Below, piece after piece: positions 30,040 to 39,218 of a DNA stretch of 64,000 nt. The stretch lies in assembly GCA_964518425.1 (NCBI GenBank), contig CAZFGG010000001.1:54597-118596 (forward strand), read 5' to 3'. The notes below the pieces were generated by a model. That model was not told the DNA's origin, searched no databases, and worked only from the letters and a program-made list of their open reading frames with translations. The DNA is from an uncultured Gammaproteobacteria bacterium (GTDB taxonomy: Bacteria > Patescibacteriota > Patescibacteriia > SBBC01 > CAIJZX01). Positions within the stretch are counted from its first letter, which is position 1; each line of letters starts with the position of its first letter. A program made the position numbers and the translations under genes.

Positions 30040-31962
30040 ATGCCTGATATTAACCTCTCCAGTCCAAAAATTTTCCGCGACCAGCCTTCTCCGGCCACGC
30101 GAGAATTACCGCGGGCCCCATCCGACGAACGTGAACTGATCGAAGCCGAACGGATTTACCGCCAAGGAGTTGTTACGGTTCGCGACTTAATCGCGCCGGC
30201 CGCTCTGAAGATTGACGCTCGGTACCTTCAGTTGAATGGGCAATTCGTCCGGACGCTGTTTGTTATTAGCTATCCTCGCTACATTTCCGTTGGGTGGTTC
30301 GGGCCGATCATCAATTACAACGCCCCGCTCGACATTTCTATGTTCTTTTACCCCATCCCCTCGGATGTTATTTTGAAGCAATTGCGGAACAAGGTTGGGG
30401 CTTTAGAAGCCCAGCTCTTGGCTGATAGCGAAAAAGGTGCGCCGCGCGACCCTGTTCGGGAAACAGCGCTCCGAGACATCGAGAAACTTCGGGACGACTT
30501 AACACAAGGCACTGAACGTTTTTTCCAGTTCGCCTTGTATGTCACGCTCTACGCGCCGTCGGCAAAAGCCCTTGATGATTTGACAAGCAAAGCCGAAGCT
30601 ATCTTCGGTTCACGTTTAGTCTTTACGAAACGAGCCTTTTTCCAGGCTGAACAAGGATTCACGTCAACCCTGCCGCTTGGCCTTGACCAGCTTCAGGTGA
30701 CGTTCAACATGAATTCGTCACCGATTGCTTCGAGCTTCCCGTTCGTCTCGGCCGATCTCTCGAGTGACAGCGGTATCCTCTACGGCATCAACCGGCACAA
30801 CAATTCGCTCATCCTGTTTGACCGGTTCGGCCTACAAAACCCTAACTACACGGTCTTTGCGACGGCTGGATCTGGTAAATCGTATGCCGTGAAATTAGAG
30901 GTTTTACGGTCAATGATGTTCGGAACGGACATTATTATCGTTGATCCGGAGCACGAGTATAAATACCTGTCTGATGCTGTTGGCGGAACCTACATTAATA
31001 TCTCCCTCAATTCCCAGACAAAAATTAATCCGTTCGATCTGCCCCGCCAGGCAAGCGGCGATGAAACCACGGCCGACATTATTCGTTCAGCCGTCATCAC
31101 CCTCAAATCTATGTTCCGGTTGATGCTGGGCGATGTCACTCATGAGGAAGATTCCATTATTGACCGCGCTCTGCTTGAAACCTACGCCAAGAAAGACATT
31201 ACGCCTGACGCCGATTTAGCCAACGTCGTTCCGCCGGTCATGACTGATTTCGAAGAAGTTTTGTCCGGCATGACCGGCGCCGAAGGGCTCGTTGAACGGT
31301 TGAAAAAATATACCCAAGGCACCTTTGCCGGACTTTTCAATTCACCGACCAACATTGAATTGAATAATCAACTGGTCGTTTTCTCTGTCCGTGATCTCGA
31401 AGACGAACTTCGACCGATCGGTATTTCGATTATTATCTCGTACGTCTGGAATATTGCTCGCTCGAAACTGAAGCGGCGTATGCTCGTGATTGATGAAGCC
31501 TGGTGGTTGATGCAGCACGAAGACTCGGCTAAATTTATCTACGGCCTGGTTAAGCGCTCACGGAAATACTACCTGGGTGTGACGACGATTACCCAGGACG
31601 TCAACGACTTCCTCCTCTCGCCATATGGCCAAGCGATTATCAATAACTCAGCCTTAGCGCTCTTGATGAAGCAGTCGCCGGCAGCCATTGATATCGTGAC
31701 GAAAACGTTCCTCCTGACCCAACAGGAACGTTACCTTCTGCTCGAGGCCGGTGTTGGCGAGGGCATTTTCTTCGCTGGCACGAAACATGCAGCGATCAAG
31801 GTGGTCGCATCATACGCGGAAGACCAAATCGTTACGACCAATCCGCAACAGTTACTGGAAATAGAAAAAGCCAAAAAAGAGTTTGAGCAGTCCGTGGCGG
31901 CCGGTACAGCCACGAACGCCGGTACGGCCATTCGCTCGCCCGAGGAATTGAACAGCCTGTAA
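30040..31962 (+). CDS. virB4: VirB4/TraC/PrgJ-like T4SS ATPase
   Basis: 640 aa; N-terminal Gram-positive VirB4 pattern (YLQLNGQFVRTLFVISYPRYISVGWFGPIINYNAPLDISMFFYPI); Walker A FATAGSGKSYAV (about 30853-30888); VirB4-typical Walker B hhhhDEAW (MLVIDEAWWLM, about 31480-31512). Confidence 0.8.
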   Translation: MPDINLSSPKIFRDQPSPATRELPRAPSDERELIEAERIYRQGVVTVRDLIAPAALKIDARYLQLNGQFVRTLFVISYPRYISVGWFGPIINYNAPLDISMFFYPIPSDVILKQLRNKVGALEAQLLADSEKGAPRDPVRETALRDIEKLRDDLTQGTERFFQFALYVTLYAPSAKALDDLTSKAEAIFGSRLVFTKRAFFQAEQGFTSTLPLGLDQLQVTFNMNSSPIASSFPFVSADLSSDSGILYGINRHNNSLILFDRFGLQNPNYTVFATAGSGKSYAVKLEVLRSMMFGTDIIIVDPEHEYKYLSDAVGGTYINISLNSQTKINPFDLPRQASGDETTADIIRSAVITLKSMFRLMLGDVTHEEDSIIDRALLETYAKKDITPDADLANVVPPVMTDFEEVLSGMTGAEGLVERLKKYTQGTFAGLFNSPTNIELNNQLVVFSVRDLEDELRPIGISIIISYVWNIARSKLKRRMLVIDEAWWLMQHEDSAKFIYGLVKRSRKYYLGVTTITQDVNDFLLSPYGQAIINNSALALLMKQSPAAIDIVTKTFLLTQQERYLLLEAGVGEGIFFAGTKHAAIKVVASYAEDQIVTTNPQQLLEIEKAKKEFEQSVAAGTATNAGTAIRSPEELNSL

Positions 31963-31965
31963 TTT

Positions 31966-32526
31966 ATGTCCCGCCGCCTCATTATCATCATCAGCGCCTC
32001 TGTCATTTTGATCGTCCCAGCGATCGTCATTATCTTATTGGTCAATAGAAATCCGAAACTGCAAAACACCATTCTGAAAGTGGCAAACATCAATCAGGCC
32101 GTGACGAACACTACGACCACAAACACCAATACCCCGGCCAACGCCTTAGCCAAAGACCGCGAGGCGGCCGTCTTCGTGGCCCGCTCGTTTGCTGAGCGAT
32201 TTGGCAGCGGCTCAAATCAGAACAACTTTTCCAATCTCATTCTGGCCGAGACCTACGGAACAAAGAGTTTTAATGACAGTCTGAATCGGAGCATTGCCCA
32301 ACAAAAACTCACCCTCAAGACCACGCCGTTTCAATCGACCATCACCAAAGCCATGAGTATTTCTGTCGGCAGCTTCACGACCACCAGCGGGCACCTGACC
32401 GTCACGGCTCAGCGCCAAGAGACCATTGATCGAGCGGTGCGCGTCTACTATCAAGATCTGATTCTCGAGATGTTGAAAGTTGGAGCTGACTGGAAAGTCA
32501 ACGCCGCCAGCTGGAAGGTTTCCTGA
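31966..32526 (+). CDS. Bitopic membrane protein, possibly VirB8-like (N-terminal TM + about 150-aa extracytoplasmic domain)
   Basis: MSRRLIIIISASVILIVPAIVIILLVNRN anchor then soluble domain; position right after VirB4; call based on topology/context only. Confidence 0.3.
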   Translation: MSRRLIIIISASVILIVPAIVIILLVNRNPKLQNTILKVANINQAVTNTTTTNTNTPANALAKDREAAVFVARSFAERFGSGSNQNNFSNLILAETYGTKSFNDSLNRSIAQQKLTLKTTPFQSTITKAMSISVGSFTTTSGHLTVTAQRQETIDRAVRVYYQDLILEMLKVGADWKVNAASWKVS

Positions 32527-32529
32527 TTC

Positions 32530-33198
32530 ATGGCCGATCTTGACCAAGCCACTCTCGATAGCCCCGAACTCCAGCAGCAGGCTGCTCGGGAACTCCGTCG
32601 ACAACAGTTCGCCGAACTGAAAACTGGCCGTTTACCAACGGCAAAAGCGACGACTGAGGAAAATACTTTTGGCCGACCGGAGTACGTCAAACAAGCTGAC
32701 CGACAAGCGCGATTACAGGGCCTACGTTCAGCACGAAAAACAATAGAACGAGTAGGATCAACCACGCCGGGAGAAGAGCTTCAAGCCCAACTATCATCGG
32801 TTGCCCTTCAAGCCTATACCCGTCTATGGCAGCAAGGCCATGAACTGGTCGAAGGCCTGGCCTTCCAATTCTTCATGGTCGGCGCGTTTCTCGTGGCGCC
32901 AATCGCCGACCTCATGTTTGGTGCCCGGTTGCTCATCGGTAAAGCTATGAACGGCGGTTTTCAGATTGAGTTCCAAGGAATTTCCGTACCGGCCGTCCCG
33001 GATATCAGTGCTGTTGAATCAGCCTACCGTGGCGGAAAGTTAATATTTATCTCTTTGATCGGTCTTCTGGAATGGGCGATTATCGTCGTGACCATCCAAA
33101 TCGTGACCCATCCGACGGACGCCATAAAACTTGGCTTTCAGGCCATTGTTCAAGCTCTCGGTTTAGCCGGTTCAACGACTCCATCTTCCGGCCAATGA
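32530..33198 (+). CDS. Hypothetical membrane protein (hydrophilic N-terminus, hydrophobic C-terminal half)
   Basis: 222 aa; C-terminal TM helices (FQFFMVGAFLVAPIADLMF..., LIFISLIGLLEWAIIVVTIQIV). Confidence 0.4.
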   Translation: MADLDQATLDSPELQQQAARELRRQQFAELKTGRLPTAKATTEENTFGRPEYVKQADRQARLQGLRSARKTIERVGSTTPGEELQAQLSSVALQAYTRLWQQGHELVEGLAFQFFMVGAFLVAPIADLMFGARLLIGKAMNGGFQIEFQGISVPAVPDISAVESAYRGGKLIFISLIGLLEWAIIVVTIQIVTHPTDAIKLGFQAIVQALGLAGSTTPSSGQ

Positions 33199-34160
33199 TC
33201 CTTCGTCGCGCCATCATTCTGATCCTTCTTGGCTTGGCTTTCTTCACGCACCCAGTTCGAGCCGCCAACGTTATCACTGACCCGCTTCAAGCCGCCCAAA
33301 AACCAATTACCATTACTCCCGAGGTCCCTATTCCCGGGGTCTACACCGGTCAGCAAACAATTGATAATAATGGTATTGCTCGCTACATCCGAGCGATCTA
33401 CGTCTATTTTATTTGGACGGTTGGTATCCTCGCCGTGGTGATGATTATGTTCGGTGGCATCAGCTGGATCGCCGCCGCCGGTAATGCTGGTCGGATCAAT
33501 GATGCTCGTGAGACGATTAATAACGCCATCATTGGGTTGATTATTGCCCTGACCTCGTACGCCTTACTCTACGTCATCAATCCGGAGTTGTTAAATCTGT
33601 CTTTGCCCCCGGTCGGTTCGCTGACGAATGAATCCATTGCTGGTCTGCCGATTGTCGACTTTTGTGATCCGGCGAATCACCTTGATTGCGGGTCTGTTGG
33701 TAAGCTGGGAAGCGCATTTGATAAGAATGGCAAGGCCGTTGATGTTTTTTGCGCCGGGACCATCTGCCCGAGTGACAGCCTCTGTCAACTCAACCAGGCA
33801 GCGGTTCCCGTTGCCGATCAGTTGACGACGAGTAAGACCGGATTTTCGACGACGTATACAAGTTACTATCCCGCCGTCGGATGCCAAAAAACCGTCCAGG
33901 TGGATAATCCAGCCGGAATATACACGACCTCCGGTCCGCTGAAGGTGGCCTTCGATACAACCTTTAACCTAACGACATTCGGGGGCAGCTTAAACTGTGG
34001 CCGGGCCTATGGTAATATCGATATTCTGGGGAATAATTGTGACACCTCCGACGCCGCGCTCAATACGAAGAGCATTTGTATCATGATTGGCGCGAAGGCT
34101 AAGCTGCAAACAACAACCGGCAACAATGATAAGGTATCGAATACCCAGTGCACCCCCTAA
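33195..34160 (+). CDS. Pilin-like (VirB2/TrbC-like fold) N-terminal module fused to Cys-rich C-terminal domain
   Basis: ATG 33195 overlapping upstream stop; signal peptide MILRRAIILILLGLAFFTHPVRA; two hydrophobic helices separated by basic loop (ARYIRAIYVYFIWTVGILAVVMIMFGGISWIAAAGNAGRINDARETINNAIIGLIIALTSYALLYVINP); about 60% identical over this module to ORF 35426. Confidence 0.5.
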   Translation: MILRRAIILILLGLAFFTHPVRAANVITDPLQAAQKPITITPEVPIPGVYTGQQTIDNNGIARYIRAIYVYFIWTVGILAVVMIMFGGISWIAAAGNAGRINDARETINNAIIGLIIALTSYALLYVINPELLNLSLPPVGSLTNESIAGLPIVDFCDPANHLDCGSVGKLGSAFDKNGKAVDVFCAGTICPSDSLCQLNQAAVPVADQLTTSKTGFSTTYTSYYPAVGCQKTVQVDNPAGIYTTSGPLKVAFDTTFNLTTFGGSLNCGRAYGNIDILGNNCDTSDAALNTKSICIMIGAKAKLQTTTGNNDKVSNTQCTP

Positions 34161-34176
34161 ATAACCGCTTTCCCTC

Positions 34177-35424
34177 ATGAACCCTAACCTCCGCCGCTTA
34201 CTGCTCATCGCCGGCTTCGCCCTAGTCACGGTTGGCTGGTTCTTCGCGATTTACTTCATTTTCTTCCGGCCGTCCGCCCCGATTGCTCGAAACAACGCCA
34301 ACGGGTTTGTGAATGGTCTTCCCGTGCCGACGAACGGGAACGTCAACCGGGTCGTTCTGCCCGGGAATGTTAATGCTCTACCGAACATCAACGGTACTAT
34401 TGCTGGCCCGAGTCTCGTCGCGAATGGGGGAGCCACCATCACAGAAACGATTACCAGTCAATCAACCAGCGCCCTAACCTCGACGGCCGATCACTTAGCT
34501 TTGCAGTACTATGATCGGCAAACCGGTCAGCTCTATACTCTCTCCTCCGATGGAACACAACGGACTTTGCTGACCTCGGATACCTATCCCGGCGCCCAAT
34601 CGATCAGCTGGTCACCCGACGGTCACCAAGCCATTCTGACCTTCCCCGATGGATCGAAAATTCTCTATGACTTTACCCTGAAAAAGCAAATTACCCTTCC
34701 GAAGGAACTGAATGATTTTTCCTTCTCTCCGCAATCTGATCAAATCGTTTCAAAATATCTTGATCCAACAAACCAGGATAACCAATGGTTGGTCATCAGC
34801 CAACCCGACGGATCACAGTCAGTCAGCGTTGAGCAGCTAGGCGCTAATGCCGGCGCGGTGACGCCCGACTGGTCGCCGAATAATCAAATCGTCGCGACCT
34901 ACGAAAAATCAACGAACGCCGACCAGTCAGATATTTTCTTCCTGGGCAACCAAGGCCAAAACTTCCCCTCCGTTTCGGTTCAAGGACGCGGTTTTACCCC
35001 GAATTGGTCGCCCGATGGTCGACGCCTGTTATTCAGTACCTACAGCACCTTAACTGATGATAATCCCCATCTTTTTATTATGACCGGCAGTCCGGATCAG
35101 CTCGGGGCCAGCCAAATTGATCTGGGCCTCGACACGCGAGCTGATAAATGCACTTTTTCACAGAACGGCTTCAATATTTACTGTGCCGTTCCTTACTACC
35201 TCAATCCGGGATCAGGGCCGCAGCCGGGCCTGTCAGCCAATATTCCGGATAATATTTATAAAATTGACTTGCTGACCGGGAACTCAACCCTCGTCGCTCG
35301 CCCGGTTGACCAGCAGAATAGCCAACGGTTCAGCGCGACGAACCTCCAACTCTCGGCGGCCGAAGATTCGCTCTTCTTTACTGACAACCAGACCGGCTCG
35401 ATTCAGCGAATCCGTTTGCGGTAG
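34177..35424 (+). CDS. Membrane-anchored TolB-like beta-propeller protein (PD40/WD40-like WSPDG repeats)
   Basis: N-terminal TM (LLLIAGFALVTVGWFFAIYFIFF); repeated ...SWSPDGHQAIL..., ...DWSPNNQIVA..., ...NWSPDGRRLLFS... blades typical of TolB C-terminal domain. Confidence 0.55.
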   Translation: MNPNLRRLLLIAGFALVTVGWFFAIYFIFFRPSAPIARNNANGFVNGLPVPTNGNVNRVVLPGNVNALPNINGTIAGPSLVANGGATITETITSQSTSALTSTADHLALQYYDRQTGQLYTLSSDGTQRTLLTSDTYPGAQSISWSPDGHQAILTFPDGSKILYDFTLKKQITLPKELNDFSFSPQSDQIVSKYLDPTNQDNQWLVISQPDGSQSVSVEQLGANAGAVTPDWSPNNQIVATYEKSTNADQSDIFFLGNQGQNFPSVSVQGRGFTPNWSPDGRRLLFSTYSTLTDDNPHLFIMTGSPDQLGASQIDLGLDTRADKCTFSQNGFNIYCAVPYYLNPGSGPQPGLSANIPDNIYKIDLLTGNSTLVARPVDQQNSQRFSATNLQLSAAEDSLFFTDNQTGSIQRIRLR

Positions 35425-35425
35425 T

Positions 35426-36601
35426 ATGATCGAGCGTCGTCATCGGTTTTCTCTCCTGGTCGGCTTGGTTCTGGCGGTCTTCGTTTTCCTGGTCTCACCG
35501 GTCAAGGCCGCCAATGTATTCACTGACCCGGGGAATGCGGCCAGCAAGCCGATCACGTTTACTCCGGAAATCGTCATTCCGACATTCAGCGGAAATGGGG
35601 AAATTACCGTCACCGGCCAAACGATTGCTAACTACATTCGAGCTATTTTCGTGTACTTTATCTGGATCGTTGGTATTCTGGCCGTCGTTATGGTGACGTA
35701 TGGCGGCATTCGCTGGGTTGGTGCGGCCGGTAATCCGGGTCGGATCAACGACGCCCGGTCAATCGTCAACAATTCTTTGATCGGCCTGATCATCGCCCTG
35801 ACCTCAGTCGTCCTGCTGAATACGATCAATCCAGACCTAACGAAGTTTCAAGGCATCACGATCGCCTCGGTGTCGCAAGAACAGCTCGATTTTTTGAAAG
35901 ACATTAAGACCAGCGCCGGTCCGTTCTCACAATGTTCAAATACCAAAGTTGCGGGTCAACCGAGTCAAGTCTGCAGTGGGCCAACCGTTGGGGCCGGCCC
36001 GAACGGTGACGTGACCGCCGGCTGTCTTGACCTCAATGCCTTGGTCAATAAGTCGGCCTTCGGTCAACTCGATCCCTTTGCCATTAAGGCCATCACCATG
36101 ATCGAAAGTCCGAAACAGAATGGGCAACCATTTTCTGGTCCGAACCCGAGTTCTGCCTCGTCGGCGTACGGCGTTGGACAGTTCTTAGAGCCGACCCTCA
36201 AGCAGGTTTTGGCTCATGTGAATAATGGTGGTTTACCGCCCGGCTGTCGCGACAACGAAATTTTGGCTCCCGATGGTTTTCACGTTAGTCAAGCCTGTAA
36301 AGCCTGGCTCGATAAACGGACCGGCGGAGCGCTCGGATCGGGAGTATCGGGCCTGGAAGCCCAGATCGGCATGATCGCCAGTTACTTTGGGCAACAGCTT
36401 AACGATCAAAAGTGCGTCAAAGGCGATTATGAACTTGCCGCGGCGGCCTACAACCAAGGCTTAGGCGGAGCTTCAGACGCCTTCTGTTCAACTAGCTACC
36501 TCCGTGATCCCAACAAGAAAGCTCAAGTCAAAGCCGACGCGCTCGATTATATTGCTAAATTCAAGCAATATTACGCCCAGGCCTGCAGCAGTGGTCAGTA
36601 G
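35426..36601 (+). CDS. Pilin-like N-terminal module fused to a lytic transglycosylase (SLT/VirB1-like) domain
   Basis: ATG 35426 2 nt after upstream stop; N-terminal 150 aa paralogous to ORF 33195 (ANYIRAIFVYFIWIVGILAVVMVTYGGIRWVGAAGNPGRINDARSIVNNSLIGLIIALTS); C-terminal SLT motifs: ...MIESPKQNG (catalytic E-S), ...AYGVGQF (GLMQ-like), ...AAAYNQGLGG (AYNAG-like). Confidence 0.6.
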   Translation: MIERRHRFSLLVGLVLAVFVFLVSPVKAANVFTDPGNAASKPITFTPEIVIPTFSGNGEITVTGQTIANYIRAIFVYFIWIVGILAVVMVTYGGIRWVGAAGNPGRINDARSIVNNSLIGLIIALTSVVLLNTINPDLTKFQGITIASVSQEQLDFLKDIKTSAGPFSQCSNTKVAGQPSQVCSGPTVGAGPNGDVTAGCLDLNALVNKSAFGQLDPFAIKAITMIESPKQNGQPFSGPNPSSASSAYGVGQFLEPTLKQVLAHVNNGGLPPGCRDNEILAPDGFHVSQACKAWLDKRTGGALGSGVSGLEAQIGMIASYFGQQLNDQKCVKGDYELAAAAYNQGLGGASDAFCSTSYLRDPNKKAQVKADALDYIAKFKQYYAQACSSGQ

Positions 36602-38659
36602 TTACTCCGGGTGAAACTGTACGGACACATCTTCCGATGCATGAAGTTGGTGTTGCAACTCTAGCTGCTGTTTCGGGCTAAGTTCTCGACTAAAAGCCGT
36701 TACTTTTTTGAAGAGGTCAGTATCCGACAGGCTGGCGAGCTGCCACGATGGTAGACCGGATTGACGTTGTCCATAGAGGTCGCCACCGCCGCGTTCGTGT
36801 AAATCAATTTCGGCGATCGCTAAGCCGTCGGTTGTGTCGGCAACTCGCTGTAATCGCTGGCGGATAGCGCTCGACGACTGATCGGTCACGAGGAGGCATG
36901 AGCTCGGGAGACTGCTCCGCCCAACCCGCCCACGTAGCTGGTGAAGTTGGGCTAGGCCAAAACGCTCTGCTCCCTCGATGACGATCAGTGTGGCGTTGGG
37001 CACATCAACCCCGACTTCGATAACAGTCGTGCTGACAAGAACATCGAGATCGCCTTGACGAAAATGGTTAAGAATCGCCACTCGGTCTCGGCTGGGCATA
37101 GCCCCATGCAGAAGGCCTAAGCGGAGATGAGGAAACATCTCTCGTAACCGTTGATATTCGGTCGTCGCCGCCCGAACACCCAAGCTGTCCGATTCCTCAA
37201 TCAGGGGGGTAATGACATAAACGTGTTGTCCGGCGCTGGCCGTACGCTCAATTTGTTGGTCAACGGTGGCCCGGTCAGACGGACCCATGACCGACGTCGC
37301 AACCGTTACCCGCCCCTGAGGCTTGGTCTTGATTGTGCTGACAGACAATATGCCAGACAGCCACAAGGCGAAGCTGCGAGGGATGGGGGTCGCTGATAAA
37401 CTGAGAAAGTGCGGGCTATTGGCGTGGCCATCGAGTAGCGCTTGGCGCTGTTCAACTCCAAAGCGCTGTTGCTCATCAATGACAACCAAGCCAAGCTGGT
37501 GCCAGGGAACATCTGGTTGAAGCAGGGCGTGGGTTCCGATGGCAATTTGAATATCACCGGACGACAGGCGTTCAAGAAACTCTCGGCGAGAGATTGATCG
37601 ATTGTTTGCTTTTGCTTGCTGCCCAGTCAGCAAGGCAATCGTGAGCTCGCGTCCTGCCAGCAGCTGCGTTAATGTCTGCCAATGCTGTTCGGCTAAGACG
37701 ACTGTTGGCGCGACCAGGGCAACTTGGAGATGGCTCAGGACGACGTTGTAGCTGGCTAGCGCGGCCACGACGGTTTTTCCTGAACCGACGTCACCCTGGA
37801 CCAGCCGTGACATCGGTTTGGTTTGAGTGATATCTTGAAGAATTTGCCATGCGGTAACTCGCTGGTCGGCTGTCAGATCGAAGGGTAAATGCTGGACAAA
37901 AGACCGCACCTCAGTTTCTCGAAACGGGATCGCAGGTGCCGGCTTGAGCACTGCGGCGCTTTGAGTTCGAACTAAGTTGAGATGCCAAGCCAAGAGCTCA
38001 TCGAATTTCAACCGCTGAACCGCCTCATGTCCTTGCTCAGGAGTTTCAGGAAAATGAATGTGACGCAAAGCCTCAGGTAAGGACATCAAACCAAATTCTT
38101 TGATGGCCGTGGATGGTAAAGGATCAGGGATGAGGCTGACCAGGCCCACCGCATGTTTCATGACAATCCGGAATTGACGTTGTGAAAGTCCCTCGGTCGT
38201 GCGATAGACGGGAACAAGCTTTTCGTGCAAAGGCTCGGCTGACGACAACTTTTCAAACAAGGGGTTACTCAACTGCAACCGGCCATCGCTTCCGCTGGTG
38301 ACCGTGCCCGAGAGAAAAAGACGGTCGTTGACCTTCAGCGTCTTCGCTAAGAACGGCAAGTTGAACCAGGCCACCTTGAGCTTTGCCCCGGATTCATCAG
38401 TCACGGTCACGTCGGTGACGGTCATCCCTCGCCGCCGCCATGATCGCCGGGCCGATAACCGAGTAATCGTCGCTTCAATCGTCACGTCCTGACCGATATG
38501 GAGATCACGAATCAGGCTGCGTTTTCGCCAGTCTTCATGACGGAAGGGGAACGTCAACAGGGCATCGTGCAAGGTGACGATACCGAAAAGTTCAAATTTC
38601 TTAGCAATCGGCAACTGCATTCGAGGCAACTGGCGAATCGGTGTCTGGAGGCCAAGCAT
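36602..38659 (-). CDS. recG: ATP-dependent DNA helicase RecG
   Basis: 685 aa; Walker A DVGSGKTVVAALA, DEQQ box VVIDEQQRFGV, helicase C-terminal motifs (LHGAMPSRDR..., VSTTVIEVGVDVPNA, QLHQLRGRVGR); N-terminal wedge/OB region. Confidence 0.9.
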   Translation of the reverse strand: MLGLQTPIRQLPRMQLPIAKKFELFGIVTLHDALLTFPFRHEDWRKRSLIRDLHIGQDVTIEATITRLSARRSWRRRGMTVTDVTVTDESGAKLKVAWFNLPFLAKTLKVNDRLFLSGTVTSGSDGRLQLSNPLFEKLSSAEPLHEKLVPVYRTTEGLSQRQFRIVMKHAVGLVSLIPDPLPSTAIKEFGLMSLPEALRHIHFPETPEQGHEAVQRLKFDELLAWHLNLVRTQSAAVLKPAPAIPFRETEVRSFVQHLPFDLTADQRVTAWQILQDITQTKPMSRLVQGDVGSGKTVVAALASYNVVLSHLQVALVAPTVVLAEQHWQTLTQLLAGRELTIALLTGQQAKANNRSISRREFLERLSSGDIQIAIGTHALLQPDVPWHQLGLVVIDEQQRFGVEQRQALLDGHANSPHFLSLSATPIPRSFALWLSGILSVSTIKTKPQGRVTVATSVMGPSDRATVDQQIERTASAGQHVYVITPLIEESDSLGVRAATTEYQRLREMFPHLRLGLLHGAMPSRDRVAILNHFRQGDLDVLVSTTVIEVGVDVPNATLIVIEGAERFGLAQLHQLRGRVGRSSLPSSCLLVTDQSSSAIRQRLQRVADTTDGLAIAEIDLHERGGGDLYGQRQSGLPSWQLASLSDTDLFKKVTAFSRELSPKQQLELQHQLHASEDVSVQFHPE

Positions 38660-38714
38660 AATTGTAGTGTAGCAAAAAATAGCCCCAGGAGTTATTCGAT
38701 CTTGGTTAGCCTTT

Positions 38715-39047
38715 TTACGGAGAAAGGGTCGTGCCGGTCACATTCTGACTGCTTTGCCAGAAGAAATGGATCGTGACCCATGACAGGCCGGCGATGATAA
38801 CACTGATGACCGCCCAGGTCATGGTCACTTTCGCTGCGCCAACGCGTTCCTCGTTCTCGTGTGATGTCATCCACAGAAACCCCGAAAAGATAATGAACGC
38901 TACGGCGACGAGAGGGACGAACCCAAGAACAAGGTCAATAATAGTCAGGACAGCCGATGTTGACGAACTTGTTGGATTGGCTGCCGGGCCAACTATGCTT
39001 GTTGATGCTGTCGCCACGAGGTGCGACACAAAAACATGATTGGTCAT
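38715..39047 (-). CDS. Small membrane protein with two hydrophobic helices (possible pilin-like architecture)
   Basis: 110 aa; IIDLVLGFVPLVAVAFIIFSGFLWMTSHENEERVGAAKVTMTWAVISVIIAGLSWVTIHFF mirrors helix-basic loop-helix layout of ORFs 33195/35426 N-modules; upstream of recG on the same strand. Confidence 0.35.
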   Translation of the reverse strand: MTNHVFVSHLVATASTSIVGPAANPTSSSTSAVLTIIDLVLGFVPLVAVAFIIFSGFLWMTSHENEERVGAAKVTMTWAVISVIIAGLSWVTIHFFWQSSQNVTGTTLSP

Positions 39048-39218
39048 ATATTGTTAGCAGACGATTCGGTGGGCAAATAGTGACAACCGCCTACATTTCT
39101 TGATTTTCAGCGGTGATGTGGTACGATAGGCCGGCTATATATGCGCCCCCTTCGGCCACTGCTGGGGCTCAGGATAAACTCTGCTCAGTCCAAATCTCGC
39201 ATCAGCTTGACAATTCGC

